Shown: one piece after another, positions 1-9,239 of the stretch | How positions within the stretch are numbered: the first letter of the stretch is position 1 | Layout of the letters: each line of letters begins with the position of its first letter | NCBI GenBank assembly: GCA_039586365.1 | Contig: JBDHKN010000058.1 | Coordinates: 1 to 30,579, forward strand | Direction: 5' to 3' | Length of the DNA stretch: 30,579 bases | Source: Gemmatimonadota bacterium | GTDB lineage: Bacteria > Gemmatimonadota > Gemmatimonadetes > Gemmatimonadales > GWC2-71-9 | Position numbers and translations under genes: made by a program | Notes under the pieces: model-generated | What the model was told of the DNA's origin: nothing | Databases searched by the model: none | The model's input: the letters and a program-made list of their open reading frames with translations, nothing else

Positions 1-560
1 GCGTCCACATCGCCGCTCTGGAGCAGGTCACCATAGTGCCGGTATCGCTTGGCGGGTGGATCCGCCGGTCTCCCACCCGGTCGGACGTCCACCTGCGACG
101 CCGCTATCGCGCGTTCGGCACGCACGTCGAACACGTCACACACCGCCGTGAGCTGGACGTTCAAGTCCTGCTGATCCAGGTAGACTTCCAGTGCCTTGTT
201 CCGCGGATCCTCTGCCGCATTCTGCCGCGCTTCATCTATCCAGTCGGGATGTGCGAAACCGGCGTGCCGTACGAGGGACTCTCCCTCACCACCATTGCCG
301 ATGATGCCGAGCCGGATGCGATCGCCCGGCGGACGCGAGACAGCTTCCGGAATGTAGGCCGGCCCACCCTCGGGCACGCCCAGCTCCGCCATGATCGCTT
401 CCTTGACGGTGTCTTCCGCCAGCTTCTTCTTGAAGAAGTTGTAGAGAAACACGCCGATGACGGGAACGGACACCAGCAGCTCAAGGAAGCCGCGCCGCCC
501 GATGCCCGCTTGGTCAGTGCTGTGTTCAGCGCTCGGAGTCTTCGCGTTTTCATCGCTCAT
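1..560 (-). CDS. Gfo/Idh/MocA family oxidoreductase with twin-arginine/hydrophobic N-terminal anchor (3' end runs off the window)
   Basis: Not in the ORF track; translated by hand from ATG at 560 (RBS-like GAAGGGAG upstream): MSDENAKTPSAEHSTDQAGIGRRGFLELLVSVPVIGVFLYNFFKKK...RIRLGIIGNGGEGESL...LTAVCDVFD...KRYRHYGDLLQSGDVDA. Rossmann GxGxxG, AVCD and YxDLL..DVDA motifs; open to the window edge. Confidence 0.9.
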   Translation of the reverse strand, partial: MSDENAKTPSAEHSTDQAGIGRRGFLELLVSVPVIGVFLYNFFKKKLAEDTVKEAIMAELGVPEGGPAYIPEAVSRPPGDRIRLGIIGNGGEGESLVRHAGFAHPDWIDEARQNAAEDPRNKALEVYLDQQDLNVQLTAVCDVFDVRAERAIAASQVDVRPGGRPADPPAKRYRHYGDLLQSGDVD

Positions 561-572
561 GATTCACTCCCT

Positions 573-1097
573 TCAGGCCGACTGCGGTGCGCCTGTCCGG
601 CGCCGCTCGATTATCAACCGGTCAATGCCCAGAATCCGCCCGGTCGGGAACGCTAGTAGCAGAACCACCGCCCCAAGCTCGATCAATACCTTGTTGACGA
701 CGAGATAGCTGCCTTCAGCCGGCATCGAGTAGGACAATCCTGCGAATGGAGGCGCGGCTATGTAGTAGAGCGCGAGCAGTACGATTCCACCGACCGTCAC
801 GGTCCGGGTCAGCGCACCCAGCATGAGGCCGACCCCAATCAAGATGAGGCCCCAAATGTTGACGTAATCAACCAGTGTCAAGAGCGTTGGGTTTGCTGCT
901 ATGTTGAGGAACAAGCCTTTGAACCACCACTGCGACTCCGCCAGATACCCCGCCGAGGTCCAATAGGGATTAGTCAATTTGGCCAACCCTTCATAGAGAA
1001 AATGCCAGCCGACGAGGATTCGCAGTGTGACGAGGGCAGTGGATTGGAACTGCGTCCACTCCCCTCCACCCACTTTCGGTTCCGCTTGCTGGGTCAT
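573..1097 (-). CDS. DoxX/DoxD-like membrane protein
   Basis: LRILVGWHFLYEG motif, several hydrophobic helices, EGSYLVVNKVLIE and terminal GID motif. Start placed at MTQQ (1097), overlapping the upstream stop as ATGA. Confidence 0.85.
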   Translation of the reverse strand: MTQQAEPKVGGGEWTQFQSTALVTLRILVGWHFLYEGLAKLTNPYWTSAGYLAESQWWFKGLFLNIAANPTLLTLVDYVNIWGLILIGVGLMLGALTRTVTVGGIVLLALYYIAAPPFAGLSYSMPAEGSYLVVNKVLIELGAVVLLLAFPTGRILGIDRLIIERRRTGAPQSA

Positions 1098-2137
1098 GCT
1101 TCCGCCTTTCCTCTGCTTGTGGGGTCGGCGCTGGGCCACCCCGGTGACTTCAACACTCCTCCATCACGCTCGATTACCAGACACTCGCAACCAGCGAGAT
1201 TCGCCACTAGCTCGATGCCGCGTCGCGGTTCGAGCAAAAACACAGTCGTAGCCAATGCGTCTGCCGCCATAGCATTGGGGGCAAAGACCGAGACACTGCT
1301 ATTGTGTTGCGGCGACTGTCCTGTGTCGGAGTGCACGAGGTGGTGATGCTCGCCGGCAGCATCGAAGGACGCCTCGTAGGCCCCCGACGTGGCGACCGCG
1401 CCCGCCTTGAGCTCTATGACATCGGGAAAGCAACCTGACTTGCCGGGGTCCTGCACGGCCACGGTCCACGGCCGCTGCCGCTCCTTCGTGCCGCTCACGC
1501 GAATGTCGCCGCCAGCTTCGATGAGGTAGTTCTTGACGCGACACCGCTCCAGCATTCGCGCCATGGCATCCACTATGTGACCCTTGGCGATGCCGTCCAG
1601 CGTCACACGCATGCCGGATCTCGCGAACCCAATGTGCCGTCGCGAGACATCGATATGGCGGGTGCCCACTAGCTCCAACGCTTCACGCACTTCCGAAGCA
1701 GCGGGTGGCTCATCGCCGAGCCGGTTCTTGAACAGGTCGACCACCGGGGCCACTGATATGTCGAACCCGCCAGCACTCAGCTTGTGGTAGCGGACGGCAC
1801 GAGCAATCAGACCTTTGAGTTCCGGCGGCGGCCCCACGATCCGGCCCGCCTCGTTGAGCCGCGAGACCGCCGATGCGCCATCGTAGCGGTCGAACACAGC
1901 GATCAGCCGGTCCATCTCCTCGAACGCGCGGCCGGCCGCGGCCTCACCCTGGTCCTGCGAGCGGGCGAGCAACGAGAGCGACACCAGCGTGCCCATAGCT
2001 GGCCTGGCGGCGACCATCTTGCACGTGCGCCGATCGACGGGAGTAATCTCCACTGAGACCGGGGTCGTCCGCACTCGCTCGAAACCGAGCTCCATCAAGG
2101 CGGCGAGTCGATTCTCTGATTGGGAGGTTGACGTCAT
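1094..2137 (-). CDS. apbE: FAD:protein FMN transferase (ApbE family)
   Basis: Motifs MGT, FDISVAP, LDGIAKG, EAGGDI, ATSG, HHLVHSDTG, ADALAT; GAGGGAG RBS upstream of ATG 2137. Confidence 0.92.
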   Translation of the reverse strand: MTSTSQSENRLAALMELGFERVRTTPVSVEITPVDRRTCKMVAARPAMGTLVSLSLLARSQDQGEAAAGRAFEEMDRLIAVFDRYDGASAVSRLNEAGRIVGPPPELKGLIARAVRYHKLSAGGFDISVAPVVDLFKNRLGDEPPAASEVREALELVGTRHIDVSRRHIGFARSGMRVTLDGIAKGHIVDAMARMLERCRVKNYLIEAGGDIRVSGTKERQRPWTVAVQDPGKSGCFPDVIELKAGAVATSGAYEASFDAAGEHHHLVHSDTGQSPQHNSSVSVFAPNAMAADALATTVFLLEPRRGIELVANLAGCECLVIERDGGVLKSPGWPSADPTSRGKAEA

Positions 2138-2228
2138 CGGTCCCGGTCTCCCTCGCGTGGGCGAACCGCGAAGAATCTATCAGTCGATAAGGGGATCACG
2201 CCAGCGAGCGCCGGCTCAGAGCCCCGAG

Positions 2229-3173
2229 CTATTCGTACTCGCCCTCCAGCTGCGCTCGTACTCGCTCGATCAACGTCTTGGTGCGGCGGATGCCTTCGGG
2301 TTCCGGCAGTTCCGAGCCTTCGTACTCTATGCCCACGTAGCCCCGGTAGCCCGAGTCGAGTACGATTCGCAGCATCCTGAAGTAGTCGGTGTGTCGTTCG
2401 TTGCCCGCCGCGTCGAAGTCGTGCGACTTGGCACTCACAGCCTTGGCAAACGGCATCAGCTCCCGCACGCCCTCATAGCGATCGTACCACTGGTCCGGCC
2501 CCACTTGAAAGTTGCCGAAATCCGGCAGCGTGCCACACCGGGGATGTGCGACGGCTCGGATGACGCTCGCCAGCCACTCGCCGTTGGACGACAAGCCACC
2601 GTGGTTTTCCACGATGACGTTGATGCCGAATTCGGCGGCAAACTCGGTCAGCCTGCTCAAGCCATCGGCTGCCAGTCGGCGTTGCTCGTTTGGTGCTCCC
2701 TGCGACTGAGCGTTGACCCTAATCGAATGGCATCCCAACAGCTTCGCCGCCTCGACCCAGCGGTAGTGATTCTCGACGGTCACCTTCCGCTTGGACTCGT
2801 CCGCATCGCCGAGAGCACCTTCGCCGTCGCACATGATCAGCAGGCTCCTCACTCCGTTGTCTTCACAGCGCCGCTTGAGAGTGCGCAGGTACTCGGCCTC
2901 GGTCGCTCGATCCTTGAAGAACGTGTTCACGTACTCGACCGCATCGATCCCGTACTCGTCCCGTGCGACTGTGGGGAATGAGAGATTGTCCAGTTCGCCA
3001 GCGTTCAACGTGCGGTGAAGTGACCACTCGGCAAGCGAAATGCTGAACAACTCAGATTGCGCGGGGAATCCGCTCGAGGAATCGGCATTCATGATGCGGG
3101 GGGACAGCATGAACATAGAAACAGAACCGCCTGCGGTGCGGAGAAAGCTGCGCCGGCTCAAGCAATCCGACAT
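2229..3173 (-). CDS. Sugar phosphate isomerase/epimerase-like TIM-barrel protein, Tat-exported
   Basis: SRRSFLR twin-arginine motif after ATG 3173 (GGAG upstream); [25 protein letters not shown] and GIEYEG motifs. Confidence 0.88.
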   Translation of the reverse strand: MSDCLSRRSFLRTAGGSVSMFMLSPRIMNADSSSGFPAQSELFSISLAEWSLHRTLNAGELDNLSFPTVARDEYGIDAVEYVNTFFKDRATEAEYLRTLKRRCEDNGVRSLLIMCDGEGALGDADESKRKVTVENHYRWVEAAKLLGCHSIRVNAQSQGAPNEQRRLAADGLSRLTEFAAEFGINVIVENHGGLSSNGEWLASVIRAVAHPRCGTLPDFGNFQVGPDQWYDRYEGVRELMPFAKAVSAKSHDFDAAGNERHTDYFRMLRIVLDSGYRGYVGIEYEGSELPEPEGIRRTKTLIERVRAQLEGEYE

Positions 3174-3360
3174 CGGTCTCGTCTCCTGCAATTAGCGCCA
3201 GCGGTAAGTTGCGGGTGGAACATGGCGAGCGCTAGAGGCCGACGGGACGCGGGTGGCTGCAGGAGCGACAGTCCAACCACTCACGAACCGCTCTAGTGCT
3301 GTCGCGTAACCGGCCACATACTACAAGCTGACCACCACAAATCCTTCAAGGAGCTTTGCC

Positions 3361-4695
3361 ATGTCCAGCGACATCGCACGGCGAGATTTCGTGGGCGGGT
3401 TGGCAACGGCCGGCGCCATGTTCCACATCGTACCCCGGCACGTGCTCGGTGGGCCGGGGTTTCGTGCGCCCAGTGACACGCTGAACGTCGCGTGCATTGG
3501 AGTTGGCGGGATGGGTTCGAGCGACGTGCGAGGGATGAGCACCGAGAACATCTACGCGCTGTGTGACGTGGACGAGCAGCGGGGAGCACGTTCCTTCGCT
3601 GAGTCCCCTCACGCCAAACGTTACCGCGACTTCCGCATCATGCTCGAGCGGGACGGAGACAACATCGATGCCGTCACGGTCTCAACCCCCGACCACACGC
3701 ATGCAGTGGCAGCTATGATGGCCCTGCAGCTAGGCAAGCATGTCTATTGCCAGAAACCGCTCACGCGCACCATCTGGGAAGCGCGGGAACTCGCGCGCGT
3801 AGCCCGCAGTTCGGGTTGCACCACACAGATGGGCAACCAAGGGCATTCCTGGGAAGGCACGCGACAGATCCGAGAGTGGGTTGAAGCCGGCTGGATCGGT
3901 ACCGTGCGCGAAGTGCACTACTGGACCAACCGTCCCATCTGGCCACAGGCCATCGAGCGACCGCTGGAGACGTACCACGTACCAGATAGCCTGGCCTGGG
4001 ATCTTTGGCTCGGCCCAGCGCCGGAGCGTCCTTATCACCCCGCATATGCGCCATTCAATTGGCGTGGCTGGTGGGACTTCGGCACCGGTGCGCTGGGCGA
4101 TATCGCGTGTCACTCGATGGACGCCGCCTTTTGGACACTGAAGCTTGGTTATCCCAGCGCGATCGAGGCGGAGTCGACACAGCTGTTCGAGGAAACGGCA
4201 CCCGCCGCGTCGCGCATCGAGTATCGCTTCCCGGCAAGTGGCGACCGCGGCCCCATAACCGTTGTGTGGCGCGATGGCAACCTCGCACCACCGCGTCCCA
4301 CGGACCTGGCCGATAGTGAGACCTGGCCCTGGGGAGATAGCGGTCAGCTCTGGATCGGAGACGAGGGAGCGTTGGTGGCCGGCATTTATGGCGAGAACCC
4401 ACGCCTGGTAAACAGCGAGCGCCACGCAGCGCTCATGGCGGATCTGCCGGAACCAAAATATGCACGAACCGAGGGCGTGTACGCCGAGTGGATAGCAGCG
4501 TGCAAGACCGGCGGCAGGGCCGGATCCGACTTCGCCGAACACTCCGGGCCGCTGACCGAGATGGTGCTGTTGGGCAATCTGGCAGTTCGCACCGCCAAGA
4601 CACTGGAGATAGATCCGCGAAGCGGCGAAGTCACCAACACGGCGATCCCGCAAGGCTATATCAAGCCGGAATACCGCGACGGGTGGTCGCTGTAG
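3361..4695 (+). CDS. Gfo/Idh/MocA family oxidoreductase, Tat-exported
   Basis: [62 protein letters not shown]. Confidence 0.93.
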   Translation: MSSDIARRDFVGGLATAGAMFHIVPRHVLGGPGFRAPSDTLNVACIGVGGMGSSDVRGMSTENIYALCDVDEQRGARSFAESPHAKRYRDFRIMLERDGDNIDAVTVSTPDHTHAVAAMMALQLGKHVYCQKPLTRTIWEARELARVARSSGCTTQMGNQGHSWEGTRQIREWVEAGWIGTVREVHYWTNRPIWPQAIERPLETYHVPDSLAWDLWLGPAPERPYHPAYAPFNWRGWWDFGTGALGDIACHSMDAAFWTLKLGYPSAIEAESTQLFEETAPAASRIEYRFPASGDRGPITVVWRDGNLAPPRPTDLADSETWPWGDSGQLWIGDEGALVAGIYGENPRLVNSERHAALMADLPEPKYARTEGVYAEWIAACKTGGRAGSDFAEHSGPLTEMVLLGNLAVRTAKTLEIDPRSGEVTNTAIPQGYIKPEYRDGWSL

Positions 4696-4745
4696 ATGTC
4701 AGTACCAAACGACATTCGAGCCAAGAGGCCCATGGAGCATCGACC

Positions 4746-5549
4746 ATGAACCGCAGAGCACACCTCACCTTCACGTGCGTAGCCCTTATTGGTTGGCTTG
4801 GCTGCAACACGGAACGCGGCGGCGACGCGGCCGCAGGTCGCGAGACAGAACAGCCTCCTAACACCTTGACTGCCGCCGAGCAGGCTGCAGGCTGGAAGCT
4901 GTTGTTCGACGGAAGCACGTTCGAGGGTTGGCGCGGGATTGGACGTGATTTGATCCCGGAGGGACACTGGACCATCGAGGATGGTGCTATCCGTAAGGTT
5001 GCGAGCGGCGAGGTACCCACCGCCCCTGATGGACAACCACTCGAGGGCGGTGACATCATGACTACGAGCACCTACGGTGACTTCGAGCTGGTGTTCGAGT
5101 GGAAGGTCAGCCCAGGCGGCAACAGCGGCATCAAATACAATGTGTCGGAAGAGATGTCGCTGGCATCGCCGCCTGTCCACGCGGCACTCGGCTTCGAGTA
5201 CCAGATCCTCGACGATGATCTGCACCCCGACGCCCAAAACGGCCCCACGCGTACAGCGTCAGCGCTCTACGACCTGATACCACCGATCGCAGCAAAGCAA
5301 CTGCTTCCCGTGGGATCCTACAACCGCGGGCGCATCGTCTTCCACAGCACACACGGCGAGCATTGGCTGAACGGCGCCAAAGTGCTGGAGTTCGAGTTGG
5401 ACAGTTCCAGCTTCGACTCGGCGTTCGCGGCAAGCAAATACAAACCGATCGCAGGATTCGCCGAGAAGAGGTCGGGATACCTGGTGCTGCAAGACCACGG
5501 CGACGACGTGTGGTTTCGCAACATCAAGATTCGGGAGCTTTCGCCATGA
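4746..5549 (+). CDS. DUF1080 family protein (3-keto-glycoside lyase/hydratase-like), probable lipoprotein
   Basis: GWKLLFDG, GNSGIKY, EYQILDD, ALYDLIPP, EHWLNG, LQDHGDDVWFRNIKI. Start MNRR at 4746 with GGAG upstream and lipobox-like WLGC. Confidence 0.9.
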   Translation: MNRRAHLTFTCVALIGWLGCNTERGGDAAAGRETEQPPNTLTAAEQAAGWKLLFDGSTFEGWRGIGRDLIPEGHWTIEDGAIRKVASGEVPTAPDGQPLEGGDIMTTSTYGDFELVFEWKVSPGGNSGIKYNVSEEMSLASPPVHAALGFEYQILDDDLHPDAQNGPTRTASALYDLIPPIAAKQLLPVGSYNRGRIVFHSTHGEHWLNGAKVLEFELDSSSFDSAFAASKYKPIAGFAEKRSGYLVLQDHGDDVWFRNIKIRELSP

Positions 5550-6922
5550 CGAATGACATCGACCGCCGAACCTTCGTTGCGCAAGGAGCCGCTGCTGGCC
5601 TGGGGCTGAGTGCCTGGAGCGCTCTTCCATGGATGCACCCGTCCCGTGCTCAAAGCGACCAGATCAGGGTCGCCGTGATGGGCGTGAACAGCCGCGGCTT
5701 CGTGTTAGCCCAGAGCTTCGCCCAAGCCGGTGCAGAGGTGGCGTACATCTGCGATGTGGATGCCCGCGCCATAGACACGGCCATCGCAGGGGTGAGTGAG
5801 CCACGGCAGACGCGCTCGCGGGAGGGCGCACCGGCCCGCGCACTGCCACCGCTTCAGGAACGCCGGCCTCGAGGCGTGACCGACTTCCGGCACGCACTCG
5901 ACGACAACGACGTGAACGCGCTGGTCATCGCCGCGCCGGATCACTGGCACGCACCCGCTGCCATCCTCGCGCTCCAAGCCGGGAAGCACGTGTACGTCGA
6001 GAAACCCTGCAGCCACAACCCGCGCGAGGGCGAGCTGCTGGTCGAAGCGCAACGCCGCTATGGCGGACTGGTGCAGATGGGCAGCCAGCAGCGTTCTTCA
6101 CCGGAGTCGATCTCCGCAATCCGGCAGATCCACGACGGGATAGTCGGCCGGCCCTACTACGTCCGCACGTGGTACGCCAACACACGCGGCCCGATCGGCC
6201 GCGGCAAAGTCGCTCCGGTTCCGGAATGGCTCGACTACGATTTGTGGCAGGGACCGGCTCCGCGCACTCCGTACCGCGACAACGTGGTGCACTACAACTG
6301 GCATTGGTTCTGGCACTGGGGTACCGGTGAGATCAACAACAACGCCGCGCACGAACTCGACATCGCTCGCTGGGCGCTGGACGTTGACTACCCCACGCGG
6401 GTCACGTCGGCGGGGGGCCGCTACCATTTTGACGACGACTGGGAGTGTCCCGACACCCAGGTGGCGTCGTTCGATTTCGAGGGCAACAAGACGATCACTT
6501 GGGACGGGCGGAGCTGCAACGGGCGGCCCGTCGAGGGACGGGGGCGCGGCGCCGCAATCCACGGCACCGAAGGAACCGTGGTGATCGATCGGTCAGGCTA
6601 CGTCGTCTACGACAACGACAACAGCGAGATCAAGCGCGAGATGCGCCCCGAAACGGAGGCGGCCCTCGATACGAGTGGCGCAGGAGTCCTCACAGACATG
6701 CACATCGCCAACTTCTTGGCAGCCATCCAGGGCGAAGATTCACTTCGCGCTCCTATAGATGACGGCCGGAAAAGCGTGCTGCTCTGCCACCTCGGCAACA
6801 TCGCGCAGCGTACGGGACGCGCGCTCCATTGCGATCCGACGACGGGACGCATACTGGATGACGCTGAAGCGATGGCACTGTGGACCCGCGAATACGAACC
6901 GGCCTGGGAGCCCAACGTGTGA
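5546..6922 (+). CDS. Gfo/Idh/MocA family oxidoreductase, Tat-exported
   Basis: ATGA overlap with the DUF1080 stop; DRRTFV; MGVNSRG; APDHWH; HVYVEKP; YDLWQGPAP; WHWFWHWGTGEINNNAAHELD. Confidence 0.93.
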   Translation: MTNDIDRRTFVAQGAAAGLGLSAWSALPWMHPSRAQSDQIRVAVMGVNSRGFVLAQSFAQAGAEVAYICDVDARAIDTAIAGVSEPRQTRSREGAPARALPPLQERRPRGVTDFRHALDDNDVNALVIAAPDHWHAPAAILALQAGKHVYVEKPCSHNPREGELLVEAQRRYGGLVQMGSQQRSSPESISAIRQIHDGIVGRPYYVRTWYANTRGPIGRGKVAPVPEWLDYDLWQGPAPRTPYRDNVVHYNWHWFWHWGTGEINNNAAHELDIARWALDVDYPTRVTSAGGRYHFDDDWECPDTQVASFDFEGNKTITWDGRSCNGRPVEGRGRGAAIHGTEGTVVIDRSGYVVYDNDNSEIKREMRPETEAALDTSGAGVLTDMHIANFLAAIQGEDSLRAPIDDGRKSVLLCHLGNIAQRTGRALHCDPTTGRILDDAEAMALWTREYEPAWEPNV

Positions 6923-6972
6923 TCTGAAGCCCTGGTTGCCGTCACCTGTGAACGAACTCGACGGAGGCATAA

Positions 6973-8343
6973 ATGCGTAAGGAGAAACACTCGGTTTCCC
7001 GCAGGGACTTCATCAAGACGAGCGGCGGAGCCGTCGCCGCCTCCATGGTGGCACAACCATCCTCACTCATCACGCCGCTTTCTTCCCGGCAGAATCGCGC
7101 CAAGATGCGGTACGCCATCGTCGGAACCGGCATCCGGGGGGTCACCATGTGGGGCCGCGACGTCGCTGAAGAATACGCCGACTACGTGGATTTCGTCGGC
7201 CTGTGCGACATCAATCCGGGGCGCCTCGCGTTCGCGAAGGATCATATCGGCGTCGACTGCCCGACGTTCACAGATTTCTCGGAGATGATTCGCCAGACTC
7301 GTCCCGATACGTTGTGCGTCACCACGGTCGACAGCACCCATGACGAGTTCATCGTCAAGGGGATGGAGCTGGGATGCGACATTGTCGCCGAGAAGCCCTT
7401 GACCACCGATGAGTTCAAGTGCCAGGCCATCCTCGACGCGCAGGCACGCACGCGCAAGAACATTGCCGTCACGTTCAACTACCGTTACTCACCGCATCGG
7501 GCGAAGATGAAGGAACTGCTGATGGAAGAGCGGATCGGTCGCCTCACCTCAGTGGACTTCCACTGGTACCTGGACATCATTCACGGTGCCGCGTACTTCC
7601 GCCGCTGGCACGGCAAGGAGCGCTACAGTGGGACTCTGTTCCTCCACAAAGCCACGCACCACTTCGACCTGCTCAACTGGTGGGTGGACTCGGAACCCGA
7701 GGAGGTCTTCGCGCATGGTGCCCTGGAGTACTACGGACACAACCATCCGTTCAGGTATACCAACTGCCGCGGTTGTCCGCACACGGATCAGTGCCAGCAC
7801 TATTGGGACATCACTGAAGACGAGTTGCTGACGAACCTGTACGCCGATCAGGAACACCACGACGGATACCTGCGGGACGGATGCGTGTGGTCCGCGGACA
7901 TCGACATTTTCGACAAGATGGCGGCTCAAATCAGTTACGCGAACGGCGTGCAGGTGAGCTACTCATGTACGACGTACTCACCGTACGAGGGTTATCGCAT
8001 CGCTTTCAACGGTACGAAGGGAAGAATGGAGGCCTGGATCAAGGAGCGGCAACCGTGGCAGGCCGAGGACTATGACGAGATCCGGGTCACCGACAATTTC
8101 GGCGCCACGGAGCTGATTCAGATCCCACACGCCGGTGGCGGCCACGGCGGCGGCGATACGCGGCTCAGGGATCACATCTTCAAGGACCCGGCCGCCCCGG
8201 ACCCGTATCACCAGGCCGCGGGCGTCCGAGACGGAGCGATGTCCATCCTGATCGGGATCGGTGCCCGCACGAGCGTGAAGACCGGCGAACCAGTCAAGAT
8301 CGCGTCGTTGACCACGTTGAAGCCTCGCGTCTCACGGCCGTGA
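6973..8343 (+). CDS. Gfo/Idh/MocA family oxidoreductase with Cys cluster (YteT-like), Tat-exported
   Basis: GGAGG RBS; SRRDFIK; VGTGIRG; EKP; FNYRYSP; YFRRWH; HKATHHFD; CRGC..C..C; GGHGGGD. Confidence 0.92.
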   Translation: MRKEKHSVSRRDFIKTSGGAVAASMVAQPSSLITPLSSRQNRAKMRYAIVGTGIRGVTMWGRDVAEEYADYVDFVGLCDINPGRLAFAKDHIGVDCPTFTDFSEMIRQTRPDTLCVTTVDSTHDEFIVKGMELGCDIVAEKPLTTDEFKCQAILDAQARTRKNIAVTFNYRYSPHRAKMKELLMEERIGRLTSVDFHWYLDIIHGAAYFRRWHGKERYSGTLFLHKATHHFDLLNWWVDSEPEEVFAHGALEYYGHNHPFRYTNCRGCPHTDQCQHYWDITEDELLTNLYADQEHHDGYLRDGCVWSADIDIFDKMAAQISYANGVQVSYSCTTYSPYEGYRIAFNGTKGRMEAWIKERQPWQAEDYDEIRVTDNFGATELIQIPHAGGGHGGGDTRLRDHIFKDPAAPDPYHQAAGVRDGAMSILIGIGARTSVKTGEPVKIASLTTLKPRVSRP

Positions 8344-8368
8344 GGACCGATAACCAAGAGGCATACAG

Positions 8369-9238
8369 ATGACCGGCAATACTGGAAGCAGACGGGAGTT
8401 CCTCAAGACGGCGGCTCTGGGTACCGCAGCCATGGCGCTTCCCGCGACCACGGTTGCATGCGCGGCCGCTCAACCATCCGGCACGACAGCAGGGATCAAA
8501 CTCGGTGTCGCGAGCTACTCGCTCAGGGAACTGAGCCGCGCCGAGGCGATTGCGGCAATCAACTCGCTCCGCGCTCGGTACGTCAGCGTCAAGTCCTTCC
8601 ACCTGCCGTACGAGAGTTCACCCGAGGAGCTGGCCGCCGGACGCCGCGAGTTTGAGGACGCGGGACTCGTGATCGTGGGAGGAGGCGTTATCACGCTGCA
8701 ACAGGACGATGACGACGACATCCGCAGCTACTTCGACTACGCCAGGGCGTGCGGCATGCCGCTCATGGTCATCGCGCCTACGCGGGCGACGCTGCCGCGC
8801 ATCGAGCGTTTCGTGCGCGAGTACGACATCAAGGTTGCCATCCACAACCACGGCCCCGAAGACGAACACTTCCCCGGGCCGCGGGAAGCCATGCCCGTAA
8901 TCCAGGACATGGACCCCCGTGTAGGGTTGTGCGTCGACCTGGGTCACACGACAAGAACGGGTGTCGACATAGTGGAGGCGCTGGCTGAAGCCGGAGACCG
9001 CGTGCTCGACATCCACATCAAGGACCTGCGTGACCTGATGGACAGGGACAGCCAATGCATTGTAGGCGAGGGTGCAATGCCGCTGCCGGCCATCTTCCGG
9101 CAACTGGTGGCCATGGACTACGCGGGGTACGTGAACCTGGAGTACGAGATCGATGCCTCCGATCCCCTGGCCGGCATGCAGCGGTCCTTCGCCTACATGC
9201 GGGGTGTGTTGGCGGGTCTGGGTTTAGCGGAGCTCTAA
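8369..9238 (+). CDS. Sugar phosphate isomerase/epimerase-like (IolE-like fold) TIM-barrel protein, Tat-exported
   Basis: SRREFLK; GVASYSLR; AIHNHGPED; DLGH; HIKD; LEYE. Confidence 0.88.
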   Translation: MTGNTGSRREFLKTAALGTAAMALPATTVACAAAQPSGTTAGIKLGVASYSLRELSRAEAIAAINSLRARYVSVKSFHLPYESSPEELAAGRREFEDAGLVIVGGGVITLQQDDDDDIRSYFDYARACGMPLMVIAPTRATLPRIERFVREYDIKVAIHNHGPEDEHFPGPREAMPVIQDMDPRVGLCVDLGHTTRTGVDIVEALAEAGDRVLDIHIKDLRDLMDRDSQCIVGEGAMPLPAIFRQLVAMDYAGYVNLEYEIDASDPLAGMQRSFAYMRGVLAGLGLAEL

Positions 9239-9239
9239 A

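Noticed and set aside
36..656. 206-aa plus-strand ORF (and the 236..553 minus ORF)
   Set aside because: Shadow frames of the real minus-strand Gfo/Idh/MocA gene at 1-560; no recognisable motifs.
4488..5545. Long N-terminal extensions of the DUF1080 (from 4488) and Gfo (from 5363) ORFs
   Set aside because: They overlap upstream genes; internal ATGs at 4746 and 5546 have RBS or stop-start coupling and put the signal peptides at the N-terminus.
6668..6685. DTSGAG in the Gfo protein at 5546 as an ApbE flavinylation site
   Set aside because: Does not match [S/T]GA[S/T]; the acceptor position is Gly.
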